A DNA stretch of 64,000 nt from positions 156,189 to 220,188 of the forward strand of contig CAVUPB010000009.1 of the NCBI GenBank assembly GCA_963743275.1, written 5' to 3'. The DNA comes from an uncultured Actinomycetes bacterium. GTDB taxonomy: Bacteria; Actinomycetota; Thermoleophilia; Gaiellales; JALYLC01. Shown here piece by piece: positions 9,325 to 17,041 of the stretch (its first letter is position 1; each line of letters starts with the position of its first letter). The position numbers were made by a program, and so were the translations under genes. The notes under the pieces are model-generated. The model worked only from the letters and a program-made list of their open reading frames with translations. It was not told where the DNA came from and searched no databases.

Positions 9325-10275
9325 ATGCTCTACCTCGGGGTCGACGGCGGCAACACCAAGACGATCGCGCTCGCGTGCGGAGCCGACGGCCGCATCGCCG
9401 GGCACGCGCGCACGGGCTGCAGCGACGTCTACGAGGTCGACGCCGAGCTGGCCGTGGGCGAGATCGTGCGCGGCGCGCGGGCGGCGATCGCCGCTGCCGG
9501 CGGTGGCGAGGTCGCGTGCGCCTACTACTCGCTGGCGGGCGCCGACTGGCCGGCCGACATCGCGTACTACGAGGGCGAGCTGTCGCGCCTCGTCCCGGCC
9601 GCGCGCACCGTCGTCGTGAACGACGCGATCGGCGCGATCCGCTGCGGCGCCGAGGACGGCGTCGGCTGCTCCTTCGTGTGCGGCACGGGCACCGCGATCG
9701 GGGCACGGGCGCGCGACGGCCGCCACTGGCACGTCAGCTGGCTGGCGGCGCCGTACTTCACGATCGACCTGACGCGGGCGACGCTCGACGCCGCGGTGCG
9801 GAGCGAGCTCGGGATACTGCCGCCGAGCGTGCTTCCCGCGCGCGTGGCCGCCGCCTACGGGGCGCCCGACGTGGCCGGGGTCATGGAGCGCGTGACCGGG
9901 CGCGCGCCGCGCCCGCCGCGCACGTCGCTCGGCGGGCTCCTGCTCGACTGCGCCGCCGAGGGCGACGAGCTCGCGCTCGCGCGCGTCGCCTGGGTCGCGC
10001 GTGAGAACGCCGGCTACCTGCGCGCGGGAGCACGCGCGTGCGGCCTCGGCGAGCCGACCCCGATCACCCTCGCGGGCGGCGTGATGCGCCACCCCTCGTC
10101 GCTGCTCGTCGACGCGCTCGCGCAGGCACTGCCGGGCTGCGAGCTGCGCCGCCCGCGCCGCGAGCCGGCGCACGGAGCCCTGCTCGCGGCGCTCGAAGAG
10201 GGCGGCGCGGAGCCGGTGGCGCTCGACGACGCGGCGCTCCCTGGGGATCTCTTCGCCACGACGCGCCTGCAGTAA
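9325..10275 (+). CDS. BadF/BadG/BcrA/BcrD-type ATPase (N-acetylglucosamine-kinase-like sugar kinase)
   Basis: LYLGVDGGNTKT phosphate-1 motif and FVCGTGTA of ASKHA-fold kinases. ATG 9325 lies 6 nt after the GH4 stop. Confidence 0.75.
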   Translation: MLYLGVDGGNTKTIALACGADGRIAGHARTGCSDVYEVDAELAVGEIVRGARAAIAAAGGGEVACAYYSLAGADWPADIAYYEGELSRLVPAARTVVVNDAIGAIRCGAEDGVGCSFVCGTGTAIGARARDGRHWHVSWLAAPYFTIDLTRATLDAAVRSELGILPPSVLPARVAAAYGAPDVAGVMERVTGRAPRPPRTSLGGLLLDCAAEGDELALARVAWVARENAGYLRAGARACGLGEPTPITLAGGVMRHPSSLLVDALAQALPGCELRRPRREPAHGALLAALEEGGAEPVALDDAALPGDLFATTRLQ

Positions 10276-10281
10276 GGCGAG

Positions 10282-10362
10282 GCGTACCCGGCGGGGCAGC
10301 AAGCGAGTGCCCCGCCGGGTACGCGGCTCGCCGGGTACATGGTCTTGCCCCGCCGGGTACGC
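10282..10362. repeat. 16-mer GCCCCGCCGGGTACGC: one inverted + two direct copies (+ one 9-nt partial); first pair forms a 16-bp hairpin
   Basis: GCGTACCCGGCGGGGC at 10282-10297. GCCCCGCCGGGTACGC at 10309-10324 and again at 10347-10362. GCCGGGTAC at 10330-10338. Lies between the kinase stop and the yciI start. Confidence 0.85.
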
Positions 10363-10444
10363 AGCCGTTTGACGCCCCTGTCGATTTCCGTCCGCTCCGT
10401 TCGTCCTCGCTACTGTCACCACTCCGCGAGCAAGGAGCGCCACC

Positions 10445-10792
10445 GTGCAGTACATGCTTCTGATCCATGACGATCCGTCCGCCTGGGCCGGCATGACCGA
10501 GGATCAGGTCAACGCGGTCATGGGCGAGTATTTCGCGTACTCGGATGCGATCCGCAAGGAGGGCATCTTCGTCGCGGGGGACGCGTTGCAGGGTCGCGAC
10601 ATGGCCCACACCGTGCGCATGCGCGACGGCGAGCGCATCGTCGCCGACGGCCCGTTCGCCGAGACCAAGGAGATCGTCGGCGGCTACTACCTCGTCGACT
10701 GCGACACGCTCGACCAGGCGCTCGACGCCGCCGCGCGCATCCCGAGCGCCCGCTTCGGTGCGATCGAGGTGCGTCCCGTCGCGCAGATGTGA
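10445..10792 (+). CDS. YciI family protein
   Basis: 115 aa with DGPFAETKEIVGGYYLVDC, the YCII/DGPF-type signature. AAGGAG RBS upstream of GTG 10445. Confidence 0.85.
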   Translation: MQYMLLIHDDPSAWAGMTEDQVNAVMGEYFAYSDAIRKEGIFVAGDALQGRDMAHTVRMRDGERIVADGPFAETKEIVGGYYLVDCDTLDQALDAAARIPSARFGAIEVRPVAQM

Positions 10793-12027
10793 GCACTCCG
10801 CCGCCGCTGCAGCGCGAGGCCATCGGCTGGCTCTACCGGGAATGGTTCGGTCGGGCGGTCGGCGTCCTCGCGCGCAGCGTCGGCGATCTCGACCTCGCGG
10901 AGGAGTCGGTGCAGGACGCGTTCGCGACGGCGCTCGAGCGCTGGCCGCGGGACGGGCTGCCGGACGACCCGGGCGCCTGGATCATCCGCGCGGCGCGCAA
11001 CCGCGCGATCGACCGCCTGCGCCGCCGCCGCATGGCGGGCGAGCGCGAGCGCCAGGCGGTCGAGCTGGAGGCGCTGCGGCGCGCGATCGAGCCCGAGCGC
11101 GACTCGTCGATCCCCGACGAGCGGCTCGGCCTGATGTTCGCGTGCTGCCACCCGTCGCTCGCGCCGGAGGCGAGCGTGGCGCTGACGCTGCGCCTCGTCG
11201 CCGGCCTGGAGGTCGAGGAGATCGCCCGCGCGCTGCTCGCGACGCCGCCGGCGATCGCCCAGCGGCTCGTGCGGGCCAAGCGCACGCTGCGCGAAGGCCG
11301 CGTGAGCGTCGACGTCCCGGCCGACCACGAGCTGCCCGAGCGCCTCGGCGCCGTGCTCGCCGTCGTCTACCTCGTCTTCAACGAGGGGCATTCCGCAACC
11401 GCGGGCGACCACCCCGTGCGCGCCGATCTGTGCGCCGAGGCCATCCGCCTGGCGCGCGTCCTCGCGCGCCTGATGCCCGACGAGACGGAGGTCCGCGGCC
11501 TGCTGGCGCTCTGCCTCGCGACCGACGCGCGCCGCGCCGCGCGCTACGACGGCGCCGGCAGGTACGTGCCGCTCGAGGAGCACGACCGCTCCCTCTACGA
11601 CCCCGACGCCGTCGCCGAGGCCGACGAGCTGGTGCGCGGGACGCTCGCGCAGGGCCCCGGTCCGTACTCGCTCGAGGCGGCCATCTCGTGCCTGCACTCG
11701 CTTGCACCCACGTACGCCGGCACCGACTGGGAGCAGATCGCCGCGCTGTACGCGCTGCTCCTGCGCTCGGATCCGTCGCCCGTGGTCGCGCTCAACCGCG
11801 CCGTCGCCGTGTCGCTGGCCGAGAGCCCCGAGGCGGCGCTGCCGCTGCTCGACGAGCTCGCCGGGCGGCTGGCGGAGTACGCGCCGTTCCACGCCGCGTG
11901 TGCCGACGTCCGGCGGAGGGGCGGCGACGCCGACGGTGCCCGCGCCGCCTACGGGCGGGCGCTCGAGCTCACGGCGAACGACGGCGAGCGAGAGTTCCTG
12001 ACGCGCCGCCTGGCCGAGCTGCGCTGA
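10789..12027 (+). CDS. ECF-type RNA polymerase sigma factor with long C-terminal extension
   Basis: GTG 10789 overlaps the yciI stop. Region 2 (PGAWIIRAARNRAIDRLRRR) and region 4 (LEVEEIARALLATPPAIAQRLVRAKRTL), followed by a ~230-aa helical extension. YciI+sigma pairs are common in Actinobacteria. Confidence 0.85.
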   Translation: MSTPPPLQREAIGWLYREWFGRAVGVLARSVGDLDLAEESVQDAFATALERWPRDGLPDDPGAWIIRAARNRAIDRLRRRRMAGERERQAVELEALRRAIEPERDSSIPDERLGLMFACCHPSLAPEASVALTLRLVAGLEVEEIARALLATPPAIAQRLVRAKRTLREGRVSVDVPADHELPERLGAVLAVVYLVFNEGHSATAGDHPVRADLCAEAIRLARVLARLMPDETEVRGLLALCLATDARRAARYDGAGRYVPLEEHDRSLYDPDAVAEADELVRGTLAQGPGPYSLEAAISCLHSLAPTYAGTDWEQIAALYALLLRSDPSPVVALNRAVAVSLAESPEAALPLLDELAGRLAEYAPFHAACADVRRRGGDADGARAAYGRALELTANDGEREFLTRRLAELR

Positions 12028-12063
12028 CGGCCCCCGGCCAGGCCCGGCTCCGTCAGGACCCGA

Positions 12064-12597
12064 TCAGCGCCCGAACTGGAGGAAGACGTAACGGTTCTGC
12101 AGGCAGTCGAAGACGGCCTTGCCGGAGTAGCGGAACGTCCTCCGACCCTCGCTGAGATCGACCGTGACCGCCAGCCCGATCGACCCGCTGCGGACGTGGT
12201 CGCCGTCGACCACGACCGCGACGAACTGCCGCCTGCGCTTCCGCACCCACGCGTCGAACGCGCGGTCGTCGCCGCTCTGCGCGCGATAGAAGATCTCGTG
12301 GTGCGAGCGGTTGTCGCCCTTGCCTGCGTGCCAGATCACGAGCGTGGCGCGATAGCGCTCGGGATGACCGCCGCGGTGGAGCGCGAGCAGCGAGCGCGCG
12401 CGTGCCGGCTTCTGGTCGGCGATCGCGGCGAAGAGCGCGTCGAGGCGGGACCGCGCCGACTGCTCGGCCTGGTACACGGTGCTGCACGCAGCGGGAGCCG
12501 CGTCGGCAGCGGCCGCCCGCGGCGTGAGAATCCCGTTCGCCGCCAGGCCGGCCGCCGCGAGGGCGAGTGGCACGGCGCAGTGCGTGAGCCGGCGCAT
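12064..12597 (-). CDS. Secreted hypothetical protein
   Basis: 177 aa with signal peptide MRRLTHCAVPLALAAAGLAANG and good GC3. No family recognised. Confidence 0.6.
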   Translation of the reverse strand: MRRLTHCAVPLALAAAGLAANGILTPRAAAADAAPAACSTVYQAEQSARSRLDALFAAIADQKPARARSLLALHRGGHPERYRATLVIWHAGKGDNRSHHEIFYRAQSGDDRAFDAWVRKRRRQFVAVVVDGDHVRSGSIGLAVTVDLSEGRRTFRYSGKAVFDCLQNRYVFLQFGR

Positions 12598-12638
12598 GTG
12601 CCGATTCGGACGTAGAGAGACCCGGCGGGTTAGAACAG

Positions 12639-12668
12639 AAGCGGGCGGCCGAATGGGGCCGCCCGCTT
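12639..12668 (-). terminator. Stem-loop downstream of small-protein gene (12-bp GC stem)
   Basis: AAGCGGGCGGCC / GGCCGCCCGCTT arms with a 6-nt loop, followed on the minus strand by CTGTTCT. A near-identical left arm (ACAGAAGCGGGCGGC) is found behind the paralogue at 44170. Confidence 0.55.
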
Positions 12669-12702
12669 TCCCCCGCCTTCGTCGAGCGGGAGTTGCCAGA
12701 CC

Positions 12703-13122
12703 TCAGGCAGCGCTGGAGCGCTGCGCGACCTCGTGGGTGCGCTTCGCGGTCGCGTCGCTGCCGAGCAGGCTCCGCAGCGCGTCGGCGCCGCGGCGGGCGG
12801 CGAGCGGGTCGCGGCCGTAGAGCGGCGAGGCGATGCCGTCGGTCATGAAGGTGCGGACGGCGTCGATGGATGCGCGTGCGACCGAGACGTCCTCGTTGCG
12901 CAGCAGCGCCGCGACAGGGCTCAGGGACGGCGCGGCGGCGAGGACGACGCTCGGGCGCGCGACGCGGTTGCGCGCCGGGACGGACGAGCGGGTCGCGTCG
13001 CGAACGGCGCCGTCGATGGCGCGGGCCCAGACCTCGCGCTCGTCCATCGTGACCTCGTTGGCCGTGCGCGCGAGCAGCTTGTGGAGCTGGCCGCGGTCTG
13101 TGATTTCCAGGTTGGCGAACAT
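12703..13122 (-). CDS. Small conserved hypothetical protein, family A copy 1 (139 aa)
   Basis: ATG 13122 preceded by GAGGTGA. MFANLEITDRGQLHKLL...TFMTDGIASPLYGRDPLAARRGADALRSLL...RSSAA. Paralogue at 44223-44655. The track start 13230 is unsupported. Confidence 0.7.
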   Translation of the reverse strand: MFANLEITDRGQLHKLLARTANEVTMDEREVWARAIDGAVRDATRSSVPARNRVARPSVVLAAAPSLSPVAALLRNEDVSVARASIDAVRTFMTDGIASPLYGRDPLAARRGADALRSLLGSDATAKRTHEVAQRSSAA

Positions 13123-13183
13123 TTCGATTTCACCTCGGGGGAACGTGCGATGAAGATGACCTCCCGTAGTGTCATGTTCCCCA

Positions 13184-13202
13184 CAAGAAAATGTTGTTCT
13201 TG
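13184..13202. promoter_or_regulatory. Inverted repeat CAAGAA-N7-TTCTTG in AT-richer divergent region
   Basis: Lies between the small-protein start (13122) and the kinase start, in one of the few low-GC patches. Possible operator or promoter element. Confidence 0.25.
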
Positions 13203-13364
13203 AGGAGCAACGCTCCTGGAATCGCGGCAAGTCCCACGCCCGCTGGAGTGCTACTCCTGCGCGTCAGGCCGAGAGGAGGCGGCTGGGCGAGGCGCCCTGG
13301 CCGTGTGCCAGGGCGGCATGATGGTCCCGTGAGCGTGAGCGTGGCAACGACGGGTCTGCACCGC

Positions 13365-14738
13365 ATGACGGCTGCGGCCCGGCGCGGGGACCCGCGGCTC
13401 GGCGTGGCGGCGAGCGTTGGCGCGGTGGTGCTCGTCACCGGCGTGATCGGCGTGCTCGACGATTTCGTGCCGGTTCTGAGTCTGGGCGCGCTCTACGTCT
13501 TCGCCGTGTTGCCGATCGCGATCTTCTGGGGGCTGGCGTTCGCCGTGGGCGCGTCCGTTGCGTCCATGCTCGTGTTCAACTTCCTCTTCCTCCCGCCCGT
13601 GCACTCGCTCACGATGAGCGACTCGCGCAACTGGCTCGCGCTCGCCGTCTACGTCGTCACGTCCGCGGTCGTGAGCGAGCTGGCGGCGCGCTCGCGGCGG
13701 CGCGCGACCGAATCGGCCCTGCTCGCCGAGATCGCGCGGTCGCTGCTCGAGCGGGGGAGCGTGAACGGCGAGCTCGACCAGATCGCAGCAGGCGCGGCCG
13801 CTGCGCTCGGCGCCGGGGAGGCGCGGATCGAGCTGGGCGAGCCGTCGGAGAGGCTGCGCGCCGACAGCGATGCAACGCCGCTGATCGCGGGGTCGCGGCG
13901 CGTCGGCACGATCACGCTGCGCGGGCCGCGCTGGCCCTACCGCAAGTCGGAGTCGCCGCTCCTGCCGGCGCTCGCGTCGCTCCTGGCTGTGGCGATCGAC
14001 CAGGAGCGGCTCGCCGGCGAGGCGCTCGAGGCCGAGGCGCTGCGGCGCTCGGACGCGCTCAAGACGGCGCTGCTGCGCAGCGTGAGTCATGATCTGCGCT
14101 CGCCGCTGATGACGATCCTCACGTCCGCCTCCGCGCTCGCACGCAGCGATCTGAGCCTCGAGGAGGCGGATCGCAGCGAGTTGCTCGCGGGCATCCTCAG
14201 CGAGGCGCAGCGGCTCGACCGCCTCGTCTCCAACCTGCTCGAGCTCTCGCGCCTGCAGGCCGGCGCGGCCACTCCCGAGCCCCAGGTCTGGGCCGCCGAC
14301 AGCCTCGTCGTCCACGCCCTCAGCAGCCTCGGGCCGAGCGCCGATCGTGTCGACGTGACGCTCTCGGACAAGCCTCTGGTCGTGCGCGTCGACGCCCTCC
14401 AGATCGAGCGCGTGCTCGCCAACCTGATCGAGAACGCGGTCAAGTACTCACCCGACCACGCCGCGCGCGTGCTCGTCAGCTCGACGGGGCGCGAGGCGCT
14501 CGTGCGCGTGGTCGACCACGGGCCGGGCCTGGCGGCCGACGAGATCGAGCGCGTGTTCGAGCCGTTCCAGCGCGGGGCTTCCGGCGACGACGAGCGCGGC
14601 GCGGGCCTTGGCCTGGCGATCGCCCGCGGCTTCGCGGAGGCCAACGGCGGCCGCGTCTGGGCCGAGTCGCGCGCGGGCCAGGGTGCCACCTTCGTGCTCG
14701 CCCTGCCGATCGCCCAGGTCGCGGAGGAGGAGGAATGA
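13365..14738 (+). CDS. Sensor histidine kinase, KdpD C-terminal type (DUF4118 membrane module + HisKA + HATPase), no KdpD-N/USP
   Basis: DUF4118-like helices (LSLGALYVFAVLPIAIFWG, SMLVFNFLFLPPVHSL). H-box SVSHDLRSPL, with ANLIENAVKYS, DHGPGL and GAGLGLAIARG. Start uncertain (ATG 13365 or upstream GTGs). Confidence 0.85.
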   Translation: MTAAARRGDPRLGVAASVGAVVLVTGVIGVLDDFVPVLSLGALYVFAVLPIAIFWGLAFAVGASVASMLVFNFLFLPPVHSLTMSDSRNWLALAVYVVTSAVVSELAARSRRRATESALLAEIARSLLERGSVNGELDQIAAGAAAALGAGEARIELGEPSERLRADSDATPLIAGSRRVGTITLRGPRWPYRKSESPLLPALASLLAVAIDQERLAGEALEAEALRRSDALKTALLRSVSHDLRSPLMTILTSASALARSDLSLEEADRSELLAGILSEAQRLDRLVSNLLELSRLQAGAATPEPQVWAADSLVVHALSSLGPSADRVDVTLSDKPLVVRVDALQIERVLANLIENAVKYSPDHAARVLVSSTGREALVRVVDHGPGLAADEIERVFEPFQRGASGDDERGAGLGLAIARGFAEANGGRVWAESRAGQGATFVLALPIAQVAEEEE

Positions 14739-15445
14739 CGGGGGCACGCATCCTCGTCGTCGACGACGAGCGCCAGATCCTGCGGGCGCTGTCGACGAGC
14801 CTGCGCGCGGCGGGCTATACCGTCGACACGGCCGACACGGCCGCGGGCGCGCTCGCCGCTGCGGCGATGCGGCCGCCGGACGCGGTCATTCTCGACCTCG
14901 TGCTGCCGGACGGCACGGGCACGGAGGTCTGCCGCGAGCTGCGCACGTGGTCGAGCGCACCCGTGATCGTCCTCTCCGCGGTCGGGGACGAGCACGAGAA
15001 AATCGCCGCGCTCGACGCCGGAGCGGACGACTACGTGACGAAGCCGGTCGGCCTCGACGAGCTGCTCGCGCGCCTGCGCGCGACGCTGCGGCGCGCCGGG
15101 CCCTCGCTCGAGCCGGTGATCACCATCGGCGGACTCGTCGTCGATCTCGAGAAGCGCCTCGTCACCGTCGAGGGGCGGGAGGCAAACCTGACGCCACACC
15201 AGTTCGACATCCTGCGCGTCCTTGCTCGCGATCCCGGCAAGCTCGTGACGCATCGCGCGCTGCTGCGCGAGGTCTGGGGGCCGGGCTATGGCACTGAGTC
15301 GAACCTGCTGCACGTCCATGTGTCGCAGTTGCGTCGCCGAATCGAGCCCGATCCGGCACGCCCGCGCTATCTGATCACCGCGCCCGGCGCGGGCTATCGC
15401 CTCGTCGACCCGACGCGGCCGGAGGCGAACCCGGCCCGCGCCTGA
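14735..15445 (+). CDS. OmpR/KdpE-family response regulator
   Basis: ATGA overlap with the kinase. Receiver ILVVDDE...AVILDLVLPDG, winged helix LTPHQFDILRVLARDPGKLVTHRALL...VHVSQLRRRIE. Confidence 0.9.
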   Translation: MTGARILVVDDERQILRALSTSLRAAGYTVDTADTAAGALAAAAMRPPDAVILDLVLPDGTGTEVCRELRTWSSAPVIVLSAVGDEHEKIAALDAGADDYVTKPVGLDELLARLRATLRRAGPSLEPVITIGGLVVDLEKRLVTVEGREANLTPHQFDILRVLARDPGKLVTHRALLREVWGPGYGTESNLLHVHVSQLRRRIEPDPARPRYLITAPGAGYRLVDPTRPEANPARA

Positions 15446-15450
15446 GGCGC

Positions 15451-16800
15451 TCACGCCGATGGCGCAGTCTCGGTCGCACCCGCGTACGCGGCGGCAAGCG
15501 CGTCGTATCTGCGCCGGACGTCGGCGCGATCGACCTCCTCCGGCACCGTGGCATCGCATGCGCGCAGGATCATGTCGGCCTGCAGCATCAGGACGGGACG
15601 GCGATCGGCGTCCGTCGTCGCCTCCATGATCTTGGCCATCGCACTGAGCTGCCGGATCATGATCGCGGGCATGCCGCCGCTGGCTTGACGGATCTTCTCG
15701 AACGCCCGCTGCACGAGACGGTCGTAACTGGCCTCTGCGGTGATGACGCGCACGAATCCAGCCTGATCGCGCAGAACCCTCGGCGGATCCCACCGAGTCG
15801 CGATCTTGCAGAGGCTGTCGCCCAGCCAGTCCACGCACGTGACTGCCGTGAACGTGTCGTTGACGGCTGGAGACAGCGCGCGGATGGCGATCTCGACGAG
15901 CTGGTCGATGGCGAACGACAGGTCCTGGTTGAGCGTGCGGTGCGGGCCGGTGAAATGCATGCGCTCGAACCCGCGCGCCACGGCAGGCGCTGCCTCGGCG
16001 GGCCAGACCACCGCGAGCGGCGAGCCCTGGGTCATGAAATGGCCAGGGCGATGCACGAGTCTCACCACCGCCTGGTTGCGCGCCGCGATGGCCGTCAACG
16101 TGTCGTAGCGAACGAATTGCAGGTAGCCGCTGGTCGGCGCCATCACCTTCGAGCCGAACTCCTCGAGGCGGTGGCCGACCTCCATCAGCGACGGGCCGTT
16201 CTCGAGCGCTTCGCCTTCAGGGGCCTTTTCGGCGTCGATCGCGCGCGAGAGGTCGTGGGCGATACCCGCGATCACTTGCGGGAGTTGGATCGACAACGTG
16301 ATTCGGTGGATGAAGTAGATCAGCACGCCGAGATCCACGACGACGAGCGTCAGCGCCACGGTGATCGAGAGGTGCGGCACGAAGTCGCCGTGGGAACCGG
16401 GCGAGATCGAGACGAGGGCGAGGATTGCGTAAACGAACGTCGCGACGAACGTGCCGAGCGTCAGTTGCGTGGCGCGGTCGCGAATGAAGTTGCGGAGCAT
16501 GCGCGGCCCGAACTGGGTCGACGCGAGCGTCAGCGTCACGATCATGATCGAGAAGACCACGCCGACGACGGTGATGACCGCGGCCGCGAGCGCCGTCAGA
16601 ATCTGCCGCGCCGCGTCGGCAGTGCCGCTGATCGTCCAGGATGGCAGCGTCAGGTCGCCGCGATAGGCGGCGCGATCGATCGCATAGGTCACGGCGAAGA
16701 GGGCCACCGCGAGGGCCACCTCGAGACCTGGCACCAACCAGAGGTTCGTGCGCAGAGCCTCGCGGCGCCCCTCGGGAACGAGCGGCGGGCGGCGAGTCAT
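15451..16800 (-). CDS. DUF2254 family membrane protein
   Basis: 449 aa with N-terminal TM helices and the ASTQFGPRMLRNFIRD motif typical of DUF2254. Confidence 0.85.
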   Translation of the reverse strand: MTRRPPLVPEGRREALRTNLWLVPGLEVALAVALFAVTYAIDRAAYRGDLTLPSWTISGTADAARQILTALAAAVITVVGVVFSIMIVTLTLASTQFGPRMLRNFIRDRATQLTLGTFVATFVYAILALVSISPGSHGDFVPHLSITVALTLVVVDLGVLIYFIHRITLSIQLPQVIAGIAHDLSRAIDAEKAPEGEALENGPSLMEVGHRLEEFGSKVMAPTSGYLQFVRYDTLTAIAARNQAVVRLVHRPGHFMTQGSPLAVVWPAEAAPAVARGFERMHFTGPHRTLNQDLSFAIDQLVEIAIRALSPAVNDTFTAVTCVDWLGDSLCKIATRWDPPRVLRDQAGFVRVITAEASYDRLVQRAFEKIRQASGGMPAIMIRQLSAMAKIMEATTDADRRPVLMLQADMILRACDATVPEEVDRADVRRRYDALAAAYAGATETAPSA

Positions 16801-16904
16801 CCGGGAACGCGGTGATTGGGGTGCACAGGTGAGTTTCGGCAGGCCGAAGCGGCGCCGACCAGGCTTCCCGGCTCACCGGCGATCAGGATAGACGAGCGCT
16901 ACCA
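16801..16904 (-). promoter_or_regulatory. Conserved promoter/5'-leader module, copy 1 (upstream of DUF2254 gene)
   Basis: Homologous to 30965-31079. Shared blocks are GGTGATYGGGG, TCGGCAGGC, a 24-mer GCCGACCAGGCTTCCCGGC[T/G]CACC (23/24 identical) and AGACGAG..GC(G)TACCA, whose reverse complement TGGTA(G)CGCT is -10-like. Confidence 0.5.
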
Positions 16905-16967
16905 CCGCTCGCGCGATTCGAGGGGCGACCCTGAGGGATCTCCCCCTGGAGCTGCTCTTGCAGCAGT

Positions 16968-16985
16968 TTCTTCAGATCTTCTTAA
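16968..16985 (+). promoter_or_regulatory. Candidate KdpE-type direct repeat TTCTTCA-N4-TTCTTAA (11-bp period)
   Basis: AT-rich direct repeat centred ~65 nt upstream of ATG 17042, comparable in position to the E. coli KdpE site. OmpR-family regulators bind direct repeats at ~11-bp spacing. Confidence 0.3.
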
Positions 16986-17029
16986 GGCTCATCCGCCGAT
17001 CCTTCAGCCACGGTTCCGGAGCGCGGTCG

Positions 17030-17035
17030 TAGCCT
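17030..17035 (+). promoter_or_regulatory. Candidate -10 hexamer TAGCCT, 6 nt before ATG 17042 (leaderless geometry)
   Basis: TAnnnT with no SD before the ATG. The -35 region (GCCACG) is poor, as expected for an activator-dependent promoter. Confidence 0.35.
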
Positions 17036-17041
17036 GGTTGC

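Noticed and set aside
16801-17041. c-di-AMP (ydaO/kimA-type) riboswitch upstream of the kdp operon or of the APC permease
   Set aside because: The context is tempting (K+ transporters). I find fragments reminiscent of the consensus (GGGGUG, CCGAC...GCUCACC). The conserved ACGGGGA/GGGGUGAAUC/CCCGAAxCCGACAGCUxACC blocks are not present in the right order or spacing on either strand, as far as I can recall the consensus. This needs cmscan to be sure.
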